From positions 25,296,001-25,360,000 of the forward strand of contig OX597819.1 of the NCBI GenBank assembly GCA_951406725.2: DNA of 64,000 nt. The letters run 5' to 3'. A program made the position numbers and the translations under genes. The first letter of the stretch is position 1; the number at the start of each line of letters is the position of its first letter. The DNA comes from Octopus vulgaris (taxonomy: Eukaryota). This document shows, one piece after another, positions 25,455 to 38,390 of this stretch. Below the pieces are notes generated by a model, which did no database searches, was not told where the DNA came from, and was given only the letters and a program-made list of their open reading frames with translations.

Positions 25455-25667
25455 GGTTTCATATTTTGGCACAAGGCCAGCATTTTCGGGGGAGGGGCTA
25501 GGCCAATCAAATTGACCCCAGTGTTCAACTAGTACATATTTTATCGACCCCGAAAGGATGAAAGGCAAAGTGGACCTCGGCGGAATTTGAACTCAGAACG
25601 TAAGGACGGACGAAATAGCGCTAAGCATTTTGCCCGGCGTACTAATGTATCTGCCAGCTCGCCGTCT
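25455..25667 (-). mobile_element. SINE family B
   Basis: tttatcgaccccgaaaggatgaaaggcaaagt.gacctcggcggaatttgaactcagaacg...tgccagctcgcc. Confidence 0.88.
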
Positions 25668-26594
25668 TAGATTGTTTTAAATATTGCATGCTTTAATGCA
25701 CTAAAGTATTTTATCGTGAATATGCACTGCCGAAATTGGGATGCGTCAAATATGAACGTGTGTCTAAAACGCCATCAAATGCTGTAGGTTCTCTTCTGTT
25801 ATTATGCTTTATTTTCTTAGTTGCTTAGAATAGGAAATACAACACTTGAAATATTTCTTGGGAGTCTGAAACCGGTGGGCAATAAGGGAAGACAAAATTG
25901 CAATTCGTGTGTTGATACCATAAGCAGTGTACTAAGTTATATTTTCACCAGAGACTCAGCTCAATTGAGTACATCCGTATCGGACTTCAGTCAGCCAAGG
26001 TTAACTATACATGTAAACGTGTATGGGCTGTTCTGGACAAGCACATTTTTGTGGAAGATGAACATTTGTCTGAGTATGAAAGTCTCTCCTCCACACGCCA
26101 CTCATATTGACCAAAGTAAAGGTCACCGACTTTGGACGATACAACTTGGCGTCAGTGTCGTTGGAGGTGTTGCTTGTCATAACACAAAGCGGTGAAAGAA
26201 ATACCGCATATCATCTAACCCGACCCTCTAATATTTCCGCCATTAACGACCGGGATTGGTTCTTTTTTTATATATTTTAAGTCCGAAAAAATTAAATTAA
26301 AATTAAAAGTTGACCTCAGAGTACTAACTACTAAAGCAAATTCTACGAGACATTCTATCCGATGAGCTAACTGCCATTTTACCGCATCTTGTTCATTGTT
26401 TAACTACATGATATCATTGAAGCACAAATGTTTATAAGTTTATAACCAGCATTCATTGTTAATGAAACGTTTCTCTAATCAGTAGGGCAAAGTAAATTCA
26501 TGTAAAGTTAAGTTTTATTTATTAAAGGCTGCCGCAAGAATAGCGAACTATTTAGAACGAACATGATCGTCCATATACGGTAGCTCACTGATAC

Positions 26595-26806
26595 CCTCTT
26601 TTAGTTGTTTCAGTCATTTGACTGCGGCCATGCTGGAGCACAGCCTTTAGTCGAGCAAATCGACCCCAGGACTTTGTCTTTGTAAGCCTAGTACTTATTA
26701 TATTGGTCTCTTTTGCCGAACCGCTAAGTTACGGGGACGTAAACACACCACCATCAGTTGTGAAGCGATGTTGGGGGTGTGACAAACAGACACACAAACA
26801 TATATA

Positions 26807-26851
<45 letters not shown>

Positions 26852-27028
26852 TTATATATATATATACGACGGGCCTCTTTCGGTTTCTGTCTACAAAATC
26901 CACTCACAAGGCTTTGGTCGGCCCGAGGCTATAGTAGAAGACACTTGTCCAAGGTGACACGCAGTGGGAATGAACCCGAAACCATGTGGTTGGTAAGCAA
27001 GCTACTTACCACAGCAACTCCTGCACCT
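26595..27028 (-). mobile_element. SINE family A, full length with internal (CA)n(TA)n
   Basis: Near-identical to 49040-49480 and to the reverse complement of 63570-63975. Confidence 0.9.
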
Positions 27029-27782
27029 TTTTTAATTAAAATCTAGTGTTTGAAAACAAAATAATTGAATAGTAACGCTGTAGTTAAAGCTGCTTGAATG
27101 ATATCTGATTCTGTTATTAATTTTGCAACGATTTGTGTGAGGATTTACAATTTTAAAGTTGATATATGGAAACCAGGTGCTAATTAACTAGTGGCTGATA
27201 GTTATAAACAGCTAATGAAGGGAAGTCTGCAATAATTATTACTAAGTTAAGCAAATTTCCTTTGCGCAAATTTACTTTCCTCAGATTTTGTTCCATCGTT
27301 TCTTTAATCAACTTTTCTTTCTATGAACCTGTTGCACCTGAACAGTGAGGTATTTATTGGCCTATTTAGAGATATCTTGCAGAACCAAGTGCATCAATCT
27401 CGTTTATTGTACTAGCTAGAAGATACCTTATTACGTCTTCGAACTTTTCTGATTACGAATAATTGTGAGAATGATCAAAACGTGAAGTAACTATATAGTT
27501 ATGTAGCTACTGCATAATTAGTCAATCAAATACTACAAAAATAACCCAGATAAATAACTAGTAAGGTGTATTTTTTTTACCTTTATAAATTAATAGACTT
27601 CACACTAGAAAACTAATCTTCAAGTTCTTTCTATTACTAACTTGATTCAGGCGATTAGCATCAAAAGCATTGACGTTGCTGATTATTGTAAGAAAGTATA
27701 GCGTCTTTTTCTTCTTTACCTTGGTAGAAGAATTCTAAATTATCGATGCCAGATTTACTGCACATATCCGCAGGAAACGTAC

Positions 27783-27784
<2 letters not shown>

Positions 27785-27841
<57 letters not shown>

Positions 27842-27886
27842 GTATGTATGTATGTATGTATGTATGTATGTATATATGTATGTAGG

Positions 27887-27944
<58 letters not shown>

Positions 27945-28050
27945 TAGGCGCGCTCGCACGCCTGTGTGTACAATAGAAAATATACAAGATTTGAATTATA
28001 TACATGCACACGTACATATATATATAATACATAATATACAATATATGTAT

Positions 28051-28117
<67 letters not shown>

Positions 28118-28800
28118 GTGTGTGTTTTATTACATTGTTACAGACTAAAATTTCGAATTATTTGAAATATAGCCGTCGGAAAAGACTTCAATGCAATTTT
28201 TATTAGTTAGTTAATCTTTAAAGTTGAAAGACAAAGCTAATCTTTTGGGATTGGATCACATACTGCAAAGGATAGTAAGAACCATTGCATACACAGACAG
28301 ACATGTAATATATATATGCATACATACATACATACACCCATGCACCCACATATATATATATATGTATATATAGATACATACATGCATAAATTTATATACA
28401 CACGCACAAACACACATATATATATGTATATCTATACGAAAATGTATACGCACACATATATATCTATACAAAAATATATATGCACACACACATATATATA
28501 TCTGTCCATCTATATGTGTGTGTGTGCGTACACACACATACACACACACACGCACGTGCACACACACACATATATATATAAAACACTGCCTAGTCTAGAA
28601 ATTGAATCCAGAGTCCTTGTAGTCATAAGCCATTAGCCTTAACCACTAGGCCACCCCCTTTACATGTATACGTTTATATAGATGTATGTTTATGTCTATA
28701 CATATACAGATGTATGCATATTTATGTATGTCTGCATATCTATATATATACATGTGTGTGCGTGTGTGTATGTGCATGCCTGTGTGTGAATATATGCATG
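27785..28800. repeat. Compound (TA)n/(TATG)n/(CA)n microsatellite field
   Basis: Seen directly in the sequence. Confidence 0.9.
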
Positions 28801-29372
28801 TGTAGCTGTGCGATTATTATTTTGTGTAACTCTGTATTCCTTAAATCGTCAGCAGTGTATCTGAAAAATCGACACTCTGCAATTTCGAACTTTGATAAAT
28901 TCTTGCCTGAAATCATCGAACTCCTGTGACTTTGTAGCCAACAATAAACAGCTTAGAGCTACATAATAAAACTCATTTGACCCATGCATTACTGAGCTAA
29001 TTCACATATTACTAGTCTGACAGTTGTTAACAACAATGAAATACACTGACTGGCCGTGAATATTACTTTTGCTAAATAAACATATAATATAAGAGATAGG
29101 TAGACTTGATTATTTTTCTAAGAATACTCGGTTTTCCTTTTTGCTTTGTAATTTTAAAATCCTACTGTAAACATACAACGTTAATTGCATTTATTTTAGT
29201 TTCGCAGTTGTTCTGGATTACCATAGTCCTGTTGCGTAGACTTTGCCCAGTTCTCAAATTTAATACCTCCTTTTGAAATAACCAACGATGTGCTCAATAT
29301 CAAAAAATATTTTGTGTTTCGAGAAATGTTTGGCTGCTATTTCTATCTTCTATCTCAATCTTCCTTCCATAT

Positions 29373-29699
29373 TTAAAAAACTCCGCCGGTTACGACGACG
29401 AGGGTCCCAGCTAATACGATCAACGGAACAGATTGCTCGTGAAATTAACGTGCAAATGGCTGAGCATTCCACAGACACGTGTACCCTTAACGTAGTTCTC
29501 GGGGATAATCAGCGTGACACAGAGAGTGACAAGGCTGACCCTTTGAAATACAAGTACAACTCATTTTTGCCAGCTGAGTGGACTGGAGCAACGTGAAATA
29601 AAGTGTCTTGCTCAAGGACACAACGCGTCGCCGGGAATCGAACTCACAACCTTACGATCATGAGCCGAATGCCCTAACCACTAAGCCACGCGCCCTCAC
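29373..29699 (-). mobile_element. tRNA-head CORE-type SINE (family E) with TSD
   Basis: TSD tccttccatat at 29362-29372 and 29700-29710. Head gtgagggcgcgtggcttagtggttaggg on the minus strand. Confidence 0.9.
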
Positions 29700-29748
29700 T
29701 CCTTCCATATAGGGACTCAGTAGTTGACACGTTTGCTTCAACCAGTAA

Positions 29749-30140
29749 GTGGAGGCGCAATGGCCCAGTGGTTAGGGCAGTGGACTCGCGGTCGTACGAT
29801 CGCGGTTTCGATTCCCAGACCGGGCGTTGTGAGTGTTTATTGAGCGAAAACACCTAAAAAAAGCTCCACGAGGCTCCGGCAGGGATGGTGGTGATCCCTG
29901 CTGTACTCTTTCACCACAACTTTCTCTCACTCTTACTTCCTGTTTCTGTTGTACCTATATTTCAAAGGGCCGGTCTTGTCACTCTATGTGTCACGCTGAA
30001 TATCCCCGAGAACTACGTTAAGGGTACACGTGTCTGTGGAGTGCTCAGCCACTTACACGTTAATTTCACGAGCAGGCTGTTCCGTTGATTCGGATCAACC
30101 GGAACCCTCGTCGTCGTAACCGACGGAGTGCTTCCATTCA
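29749..30140 (+). mobile_element. tRNA-head SINE family D, full length with TSD
   Basis: TSD tcaaccagtaag at 29738-29749 and 30141-30152; A/B boxes in the head. Confidence 0.92.
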
Positions 30141-30210
30141 TCAACCAGTAAGCAGTTCACAGACTGCGTCCATTTTAGATATATTTTACGTGTTATTGAG
30201 TTAAACTCAC

Positions 30211-30237
30211 GGCGTGTAGAATAAATAGTGTTCCACA
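30211..30237 (-). CDS. Candidate 27-nt microexon (CGTLFILHA) of the minus-strand host gene
   Basis: tgtttactag|...GCC|gtgagt. Phase 0-0, compatible with the exon ending at 45500, and gives FLALEAD-CGTLFILH, a PH beta2-beta3-like pattern. Confidence 0.3.
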
Positions 30238-30714
30238 CTAGTAAACAGATTGAACTAGTATGACAGCGGTTATTCTGCCTACCTAACATCCAAGTAAAAA
30301 CCAACCATTTACCAAATTGTACAAAGTATTTTATATATTCATTTAGCATTTTGATAATAAATTAGAAGTAATTCACTTCCTTTTGTTAATAGTTAATATT
30401 TATGGATTTAGTCTTCGTAGGCATTGCCTACAGTGTGTACTCAGACAGCGTCTCCCAGCTAAGCATACTTCACGAGGATTTTTAAAAAAATGTTCATCAT
30501 TTTCTTTGTTGCAGAATGCTTACAAAAGAGCTGTATATGAATTACACTATGTTGTCAATTACAATAAATATTGACACTCTTGTAAAAACAGGTTCACATG
30601 CGGTCGCATTGTGTAGGGAATACAATCGCACGCGGTCCCATTCTTAATGAATTATTACAAGTCATAAATACATGCAGTAACAATAGAACATAAGTGGATT
30701 GGCAACAAGTCTTC

Positions 30715-31825
30715 TGTTTGAGATATAAACATTATTTATTTCACAATCGTGTTGATGTTGGGAGTTTGTAAACGTTAGCACGTACGTGCGCATGCAACCC
30801 GTGTTTGTGTCTGTGTGTTCGTGTGTGCGTGTGTGGCTGGCATAGAAAAGTACCTGATGGTGGAGGCGGCGAAGATAGTAGGCTCTCCGTGTTGAGTGTA
30901 CATTAGCGTCGTAGCTAATTGTAGCAGGAACAATCGTATATCATTTGGTTGAGCAGCGCTGTCTCTGAAGCCAGTTCTTACAAGAACTAAAACTAAAGAC
31001 AGGTAATTGATTTACTGTTTATGAAGTACACGAAGTGTAAGAGTTCAGTATCAAGATGTTGTGTCTCGGAGCTGAGATTAGTTGAATCACTTGTTGTGTT
31101 TATCTTTCTCTTGATATGGATATTCTTTCAGATATATTTACTGTAGCCGTTTTCCCGTGGTGAGATTTTCACCTAACCGCTTGAGTTGAATCTGTAGTTA
31201 TCTTGTGTACAAGTTAAATCTTCGTAGATAGAGACGATGTTGGCGATGACGTCGTGTCTGTCGCTTGGTTTTTGAAGCGTCTTCATTATATGTTCTGCTT
31301 GGTTATTTTTCTCTTGATATAGATATTCTGCAACTGTTTTTCCGTGGTGAGATTTTCACACTAACAGTATGAGTTGAATCTGTAGCTATCTTATGTACAA
31401 GCTAAATCTTCGTAGGTAGAGACGATGTTGGCGATGCCGTTATGTCTGGTTTTTATAGCGTCTTCATATTATGTTTTGCTTGGTGGTCGCCCGCCTTTCG
31501 GACTGGAACATGGTTGAGTATGCTCTGTGTGGTCAGAGGTTTAGTCCTCACAAGGACTAGAACCAAAGACGAAACGTGTCTGAAAACACTCCTTTATATA
31601 TCGTTTGGGTGGCTCAAAACGAGCCTCAAATGGAATTTTAACCAAAGGTCGTGATTGGCTGTTTTGGAACAATGGCGCGAAATATGTAGAGACAAACCGC
31701 GTCACATGTCAACCAGTGGCGCGAACTATGTAGAGACCACTCGTGTCACATGTCAACCAGTGGCGCGAAAATAAGAGGAGACAAATCGCGTCACGTGTCA
31801 ACCAATCAGGTTAGTGGTTACAACA
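30715..31825 (-). mobile_element. Putative solo LTR
   Basis: The minus strand starts TGTTGTAACC and ends AATAAA..TCAAACA. Internal 44-bp x3 tandem, CCAAT, TATATAAAGG and an about 205-bp tandem duplication. No TSD found. Confidence 0.45.
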
Positions 31826-32586
31826 ACGTTAAACTGGCCAAAGATGTTTGTAATCTCAAACGAGATCATTCTTAATACTTTTCTCAAACAGTGAAGATAG
31901 CAACGAAGAAAACAATATTGCTACACTCTCAAAACACACGAACCATTCTGTATTGGGTATAGAGATTTTTGTTTTTTCCTTCTTTTCATTTAATTTGATT
32001 AAATATAATAACAACTTAAATGCAATGAATAAAACTTGAAAACCAAGTACAAAACGGAAGGCTTTTAAATTCAACAATAAACATTTTGTGTATGACACAC
32101 GCCATTTTCCTTTGTTAGCTGTAACAATAGTTTGTATTCCGTACATTGACTCATTATTATATTCTCCTTATATCCAATTTAATTTCGACAACTACGTTGT
32201 TTTATATAAGTTTCATCATGCCTTTGTTCTCCTAGAACCAGATAAACCTCCTTACACACATATACGCCTTCACATGCACCCGACAGTAAGTCAAAATTCC
32301 ATAAATACTTAATATTCAATTTTATTTATTCATTCCAATTATGAATATTTAATAAATGAATACCGTGAGTTAAATTCACCATTTTTGTTCAACAATTGTC
32401 TATTTATTAGCGAAGTCTCATATAAAATAATTATTTGTTTTAATCTTGGAATTAAATGGTTTCGATTTACGGCCAGGTGACTTTTGGCCAAACCTGTTCA
32501 TATTATTCAAATACGTCTAAACATCGACATGCATGCACACATACAAGTAGATGCGCTAATGTATGATGCATGTATATATGTACACA

Positions 32587-33051
32587 CTAGCAGCATAGCC
32601 CGGCATTGCCCGGGTATGTAAGAGCCCCTAGTAGGCAACGACTAATCCCAATCTGGTCCTTTCCCTCGAGGGAACGAAGGTGCATGTGTAGGTTGCAATG
32701 TCTTCTCTTCACTCGAATACTTCTGTGTATACGATGTTCCTAGCTGTCCCTTTGGGCGAAAACATGAAAACATCATTGCGCCTCTCAACGCGTGAACAGC
32801 CCACGTACAGTCCAGAAAATGTGTTGCATATAAAAAGCTTAGATTCTCGACCCCATGTCGAATTTATCGATTTTTTCAGAACTGGGGGAACTTTTCAAAA
32901 TTTTCGCTTCGTTAGTTTTGAATTATGACATTGGGCTATGTGTGTGTCAAGTTTCATCAGAATCGGTTGAAAGCCGTGGTCAGGGTGAGGGTACAACCTG
33001 ACAGACACACAGACACACAGACAGACAAACTGCCGTTTATATATAGAGAGA
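32587..33051 (-). mobile_element. Non-autonomous Helitron
   Basis: Minus strand 5' A|TC(TC)TATATATAAA, 3' hairpin cccgggcaatgccggg then CTAG|T; internal (GACA)n. Confidence 0.75.
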
Positions 33052-33266
33052 TATCTATTGATATACAAACACACATGTGTACACATAAGTACAGATATGT
33101 ACAAACCTACGTATATAGCTATGCATGCATACAATAACGCACACATATATACATAAACATACACATATATAAACAGATGCGGATACAAAGCACATTATTC
33201 AGTACTTACTTTAGGAAGCAGCGTGAACTATGCTTTTAGTTGGTCGTGAGCAAGTTAATTCTGTCA

Positions 33267-33310
<44 letters not shown>

Positions 33311-33328
33311 TATAGATATATATATATA

Positions 33329-33565
33329 AATTTAAGGAGCAGGTGAAATCCAGGTTACATATATTTACTAGTTAGCAGAACCTCGGAAGAAGTAATTACT
33401 CAACGAGGGGTACTCCATTAGCTACTCATCAGGTCTAACTAAGGTATCTTTTGGCCTGATGATTAGCTAGCAGAGTACCCTTCGTTGAGTAATTACTACT
33501 TCAGAGGTTCTGCGAGCTAGGAAACATATGTAGCTTGGATGTCACGTGCTCAATTCCCTGAATTT
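33329..33565. mobile_element. TA-flanked palindrome (about 235 bp) made of two inverted hammerhead copies
   Basis: Plus arm 33451-33538: GGC-CTGATGA-T-TAGCTaGCAGA..TCTGCgAGCTA-G-GAAAC-ATAT-GTA|GCT. The minus arm carries CTGATGA with a decayed GAAAC. Confidence 0.72.
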
Positions 33566-33769
33566 GGATTTATATTCGCATACACATTAACCGCAGTTGC
33601 TAACCCTGAACTATAAAATAACTTTTTTCATCTTATAGAACTTCGATATAGGAAAAGGTTACATCCTTCTACGTTAATAAACTACTATTGTTCCCGAAAG
33701 TTGCTTTTCATATCTTCCACGGACTGCTCGAAGCTTACTTACTTCTTACACCTGGATCCTGGCCCTTAC

Positions 33770-33807
<38 letters not shown>

Positions 33808-34252
33808 TTAAAATTAAGGATAAAATCTTTATAAGAAATTATCAGTAGTTAGCGTGAAAAACCTCGTAAGAGAAAAAAATCTGTAAATTTTTCAACTTTA
33901 AAAATATTTATTTATATTATATAGCCCGCCATTTTCATAGATATGTAAAGATAAACATTCGTACATGCTGTGGCGAATTCTACGGTTGGCTGTCGGGTTT
34001 GTAATGTTGTGTTTTTTTCTTATAAGTCTTGAGTTCGTTGCACTGAAGAGCATAGAATGTATATTCCGCATTGATTGCGATATCACAGGTGATATGTAAC
34101 TAAATTCTGGTTTTAAATGACTTGCTTTGAAGTTTTGCATTCGGTACAATTTGTTTATTTTAGTAGTTTTGACTGCAAAAGTCCCTCCTAGCGTGCGGTA
34201 CCTATGAATAATAGTACCCTCTATATAATATATATATATATATATATATAAA

Positions 34253-34318
<66 letters not shown>

Positions 34319-34729
34319 TGAGGGAATATTATTTCAAACTTACAGGGAAAAATTCAATTTAGAAATACTAAATCAAATTTCACAAAATATAATATATATA
34401 TATATAAATTAGAAAAAAACCCCACTTTTTATCAAACCCAAAATAATTCAAAAGCCAAATAATATTTATAAATATATTTATATTGAAGTGATTTTACTAC
34501 TACTACTAATATTTTTACTATAATCATTTCTGAAATATAGTCACGAGACACGTGTCATTATTCTACCAAATATATACGTTTTATATATTATTTTGCACAT
34601 TACTTAATCATCGTTATATATTTTATCTTATATTTAATCGTTCTATTATATGTAATTTCATTTTTCATTTTGAATTGATAAAAAGTGGTTTTTTTCTAAT
34701 ATATATATAGTTAATACATATATATATAG

Positions 34730-35154
34730 TTAATCCAAACATGAACAAAGAGAAAACACAACAACGCGAGGTCGTAGAACAAGTATAGTGTTATTGGACG
34801 CTCAGGAAAAGAAAGAAAGAAGGAGAATTCAACGTTTCGAGCGGAGCTCTTGGTCAGAAATATAAAAAAAGGAAACGTCCAAGGAAGGGAAGACGGAGAA
34901 AGAAAATCGCCAACGATACACACGCGGTCACATATTGAAATGACCGGAAGGGAATGGGTGAAGAAAAAGTTCTTTCAAAGACAGGAGAGTGCGAGTGAAG
35001 GAGGTATGTGTGTGTATGTGTTGATATGTGCGTGCGCGCAGGTCTGTGTGTGTGTAAGGATAGCACGTCTGTGTGTGGTTGTGGCTGTTTATCTATGCGT
35101 GTGGTTGGGCTTAGTATTGTTTAAGGTCATAGGAAGAATTTATAGTAATTTAGA

Positions 35155-35155
<1 letters not shown>
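34730..35155 (-). mobile_element. TA-embedded element with degenerate hammerhead (34826-34862)
   Basis: Minus strand ATTT-CTGACCA-A-GAGC tcc GCTC-GAAAC-GTT|GAAT. Shares ttcctgagcg with 17812-18015. Confidence 0.6.
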
Positions 35156-35191
<36 letters not shown>

Positions 35192-36077
35192 TATAGATAT
35201 GTATTTATATATATGTATTTATTATGTGTGTGTACGTACACACACACATCTATAGAGACTACCCACTTTTATAAAACTACGTAATTGTATTTTGTATACA
35301 TTCCAGCTGCAAACGATACCAAAGGTCTCCGTGTGTTTCGAAATTCTTACAATATCCTAATCAACGAGTAAACATCATAATCTAACAAAGGAAAGAGTTG
35401 ATTAAAAATGCATTCCAGCAGCTACTATAATTCTGTTTCTTGAGAATTAGATTAAAGGAATCAAGCAGAATTATTTCTGTTCAAATTACGTTGGGAAATT
35501 TTATAATATAAAACATAAAAAATATTGTTTACAGCATAGATACAAAACTAGATGTTTTAAAGGGGAAGGGAGGGGAGTAGTTGATTATATCGAACCAAGT
35601 ATGTGACTTGTGTATTTTATCGACCTTGGATGATGTGTGGGAGTTGACCTCATAACATTGAAAGTTTGAATAAGCAGGTCTTTCAACATTCTGAAGATTC
35701 TGCCATCGCAGTGAAAACAAGAAAATATTGAAATTAGAAATTCCCCAATGAAAACTACTGTGTTTCTGTTCACTGTTTTTTGTTAGAAACAACAGCCGCA
35801 TCTCCCTGAAAGTCCACGCCCGCCGTTTATTTTTTAAAGGAAAGAGTATGTTGGATCATATAGCCTTGAATATGCCCTAAAAAGAAGAGATGGTCTCGAC
35901 TGGAATGTCTACGGTTATAGGTCTACTTGACTAGGGCTAACTGATAACAACAACAAAACGAAAACAACAGCAACAGCTAAAAGAACAGCACGAATATTGC
36001 TCGATATGGTGCGAAAGTGTTGTAAGGCGTTAGGACAATCCATGGCTGCCTGTGTATTCTGCCATCACTGAATAATA

Positions 36078-36460
36078 TGGAATGGAATGGAAGCACTCCG
36101 TAGGTTACGACGATGAGGGTTCCGGTTGATCCGAATCAACGGAACAGCCTGCTCGTGAAATTAACGTGTAAGTGGCTGAGCACTCCACAGACACATGCAC
36201 CCATAAAGTAGTTCTCGGGGATATTCAGCGTGACACAGAGAGTGACAAGGCCGGCCCCTTGAAATACAGGTACAACAGAAACAGGAAGTAAGAGTGAGAG
36301 AAAGTTGCGGTGAAAGAGTACAGCAGGGATCACCACCATCCCCTGCCGGAGCCTCGTGGAGCTTTAGATGTTTTCGCTCAATAAACACTCACAACGCCCG
36401 GTCTGGGAATCGAAACCGCGATCCTATGACCGCGAGTCCGCTGCCCTAACCACTGGTCCA
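36078..36460 (-). mobile_element. SINE family D, near full length, (TTCCA)n tail
   Basis: Reverse complement of 29749-30140. Confidence 0.9.
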
Positions 36461-36831
36461 AGAAAGACATACAGTACACCTGGTAATGAAATAATTTAGC
36501 GTAAGTAACCGAGGTGGATAATAAAACTGGAATATTTCAACAGCGTATGCCGGAGAATCGGATATTTAGACCCGATTGAAAAGTATTAGGTGTACATATA
36601 TAATAAGCTCATGGCACATCATTTCCATCTTGTGGTGGCGGTGGTGGTGGTGGTGGGGAGGAAACTTACTGCATTGTACTCAGATTCCACACACAAAACT
36701 CTCGAAGGAGAAGGATGAAAAACTCCGTTATTGAAATATACTAATTCAACGTGAAATAATTAAGCATAAGGTTGATTCTAACCAGACACTACGACAACAA
36801 AAGTATCATCGCCAACAACAACATCATCATC

Positions 36832-36871
<40 letters not shown>

Positions 36872-37399
36872 CCACCACCACCACCACCACCATGGGTTGA
36901 AAACAAACTTTCTGGTGCTATTAGCCATCTTTCGAAATAGCAAATCTGATGAGTTGTATATACAAGAGAAACAATCATTGAATGTAATCGAAATAAACGA
37001 TGGAATCATTGAAGTTTGGTTCCAGTTATTACAATAATCACTCCACAACACTGCTTGTCAATATTCTGTCAATATTTTGTCGATATTTTGTCAATACTTC
37101 GTCTGCGTCACTTATTGTTTTTTATCTGCTTGCATTAAAGAATATTATTTACTATCATAAAATGTCTGTCTGTTTGCAACTGGTGTCGTTTGAAATAAAG
37201 ATCGAACAGAATTCAAATAGACAAAATGTCGACTGATTGATTTATTAATTGATTGAAGGTCGCTGTTATCCAATTACTACTTTGGGTGTCTCTTGTGTAA
37301 TATTACTGACGATGTCCATATTGTATAGCTTGAACTGCTTTTGGGAAAGATTCGATACCAATGCTTATAAATGACAAACATTCTGTCATTTATATATTA

Positions 37400-37801
37400 C
37401 TAGCAGTATCGCCCGGCGTTGCTCGGGTTTGTAAGGGAAATAACTATATAAGCATTTTTAGAGATGTAAAGTATAATAGCCATCTCAATATGGCTAACCA
37501 CAAAGGGGGGTGGGTGGTGTTACTGTAGGTTTTTTCGTTCTTAGATTCAATAATAAATTTTTAGAGAGTTACTTCCCTTATATATGCCAAAAATGCATTA
37601 AAAATGGGAAAAATTGATGGTAAGTTTTTTTTTAAATCGTAGACTCATCGTAGACGCGCGCTAATACCCAGAAGGGCTCAATATGAATCACGACTATAAG
37701 ATACCCGGTTTTGGTTAAACTGCACCGCAAAATGTGGGAGTAGTTAGGAATCCAAATCGTAGGAGACAGACACCACACAACCTCACTTTTATATATAAAG
37801 A
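37400..37801 (-). mobile_element. Non-autonomous Helitron
   Basis: Minus strand A|TCTTTATATATAAAAG ... cccgagcaacgccggg ... CTAG|T. Termini resemble 32587-33051 but the interior differs. Confidence 0.78.
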
Positions 37802-37859
37802 TTTACCACCGCTTACATCGTGGAAAGGGCTATACCTAGTTATGTTATCCATATACTGC

Positions 37860-38135
37860 TTGAGTGTTGACGCTGGGAAATCTGGGAAGTCTTTTTGTCG
37901 CGAGTCTTTAGACTTATAGGCATGGGTATCCGGTTTCCATGGCGATTAAGCAACCGAGATTACAACATTTCCCCTGATTGGTCGGAGGGTCATTCGTTTA
38001 CAGCTGAGTAGACTGCAGCAATGTAAAATGAAATGTTTTGCTCAAGAATTTAACGTGCCGCCTGGTCCGGAAATTGAAACAACGATCTTGTGTTCATGAC
38101 TGCAACATCCTAATCTCTAAGCAATGCATCTTCAC
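37860..38135 (-). mobile_element. Diverged CORE-type SINE
   Basis: cagctgagtagactgcagcaatgtaaaatgaaatgttttgctcaag. Confidence 0.6.
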
Positions 38136-38390
38136 AAATGTCCCTTTCCAAAGATCAAACTCAGTGTCCAAGACAACTTAGAAATTTAGGACTCTCATGA
38201 CTAAATATCGAGTAGGAAGTAATGAATTCCAGGATCTACTAACTTATATATTTGGCAGAGAACTTATTAATACTATGCTGTGATGTAGTGTATCTAACGA
38301 TAGTTATTTTGACGGAGTATGTTCTCCAATACATACCCAAAACAGGGATTGAATTCATCTCCGAAAACTTACAAAACACTAGTGGATTAC

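Noticed and set aside
25821-26195. 124-aa ORF following an acceptor-like ttttcttag
   Set aside because: Its 3' half is the reverse complement of a decayed family-C SINE body, and no recognisable protein motif is present.
29749-29825. tRNA genes at the SINE heads (also 9340-9412, 19180-19250, 38820-38880, 57019-57080)
   Set aside because: A/B boxes are present but continue into SINE bodies, with TSDs in several cases; no complete cloverleaf.
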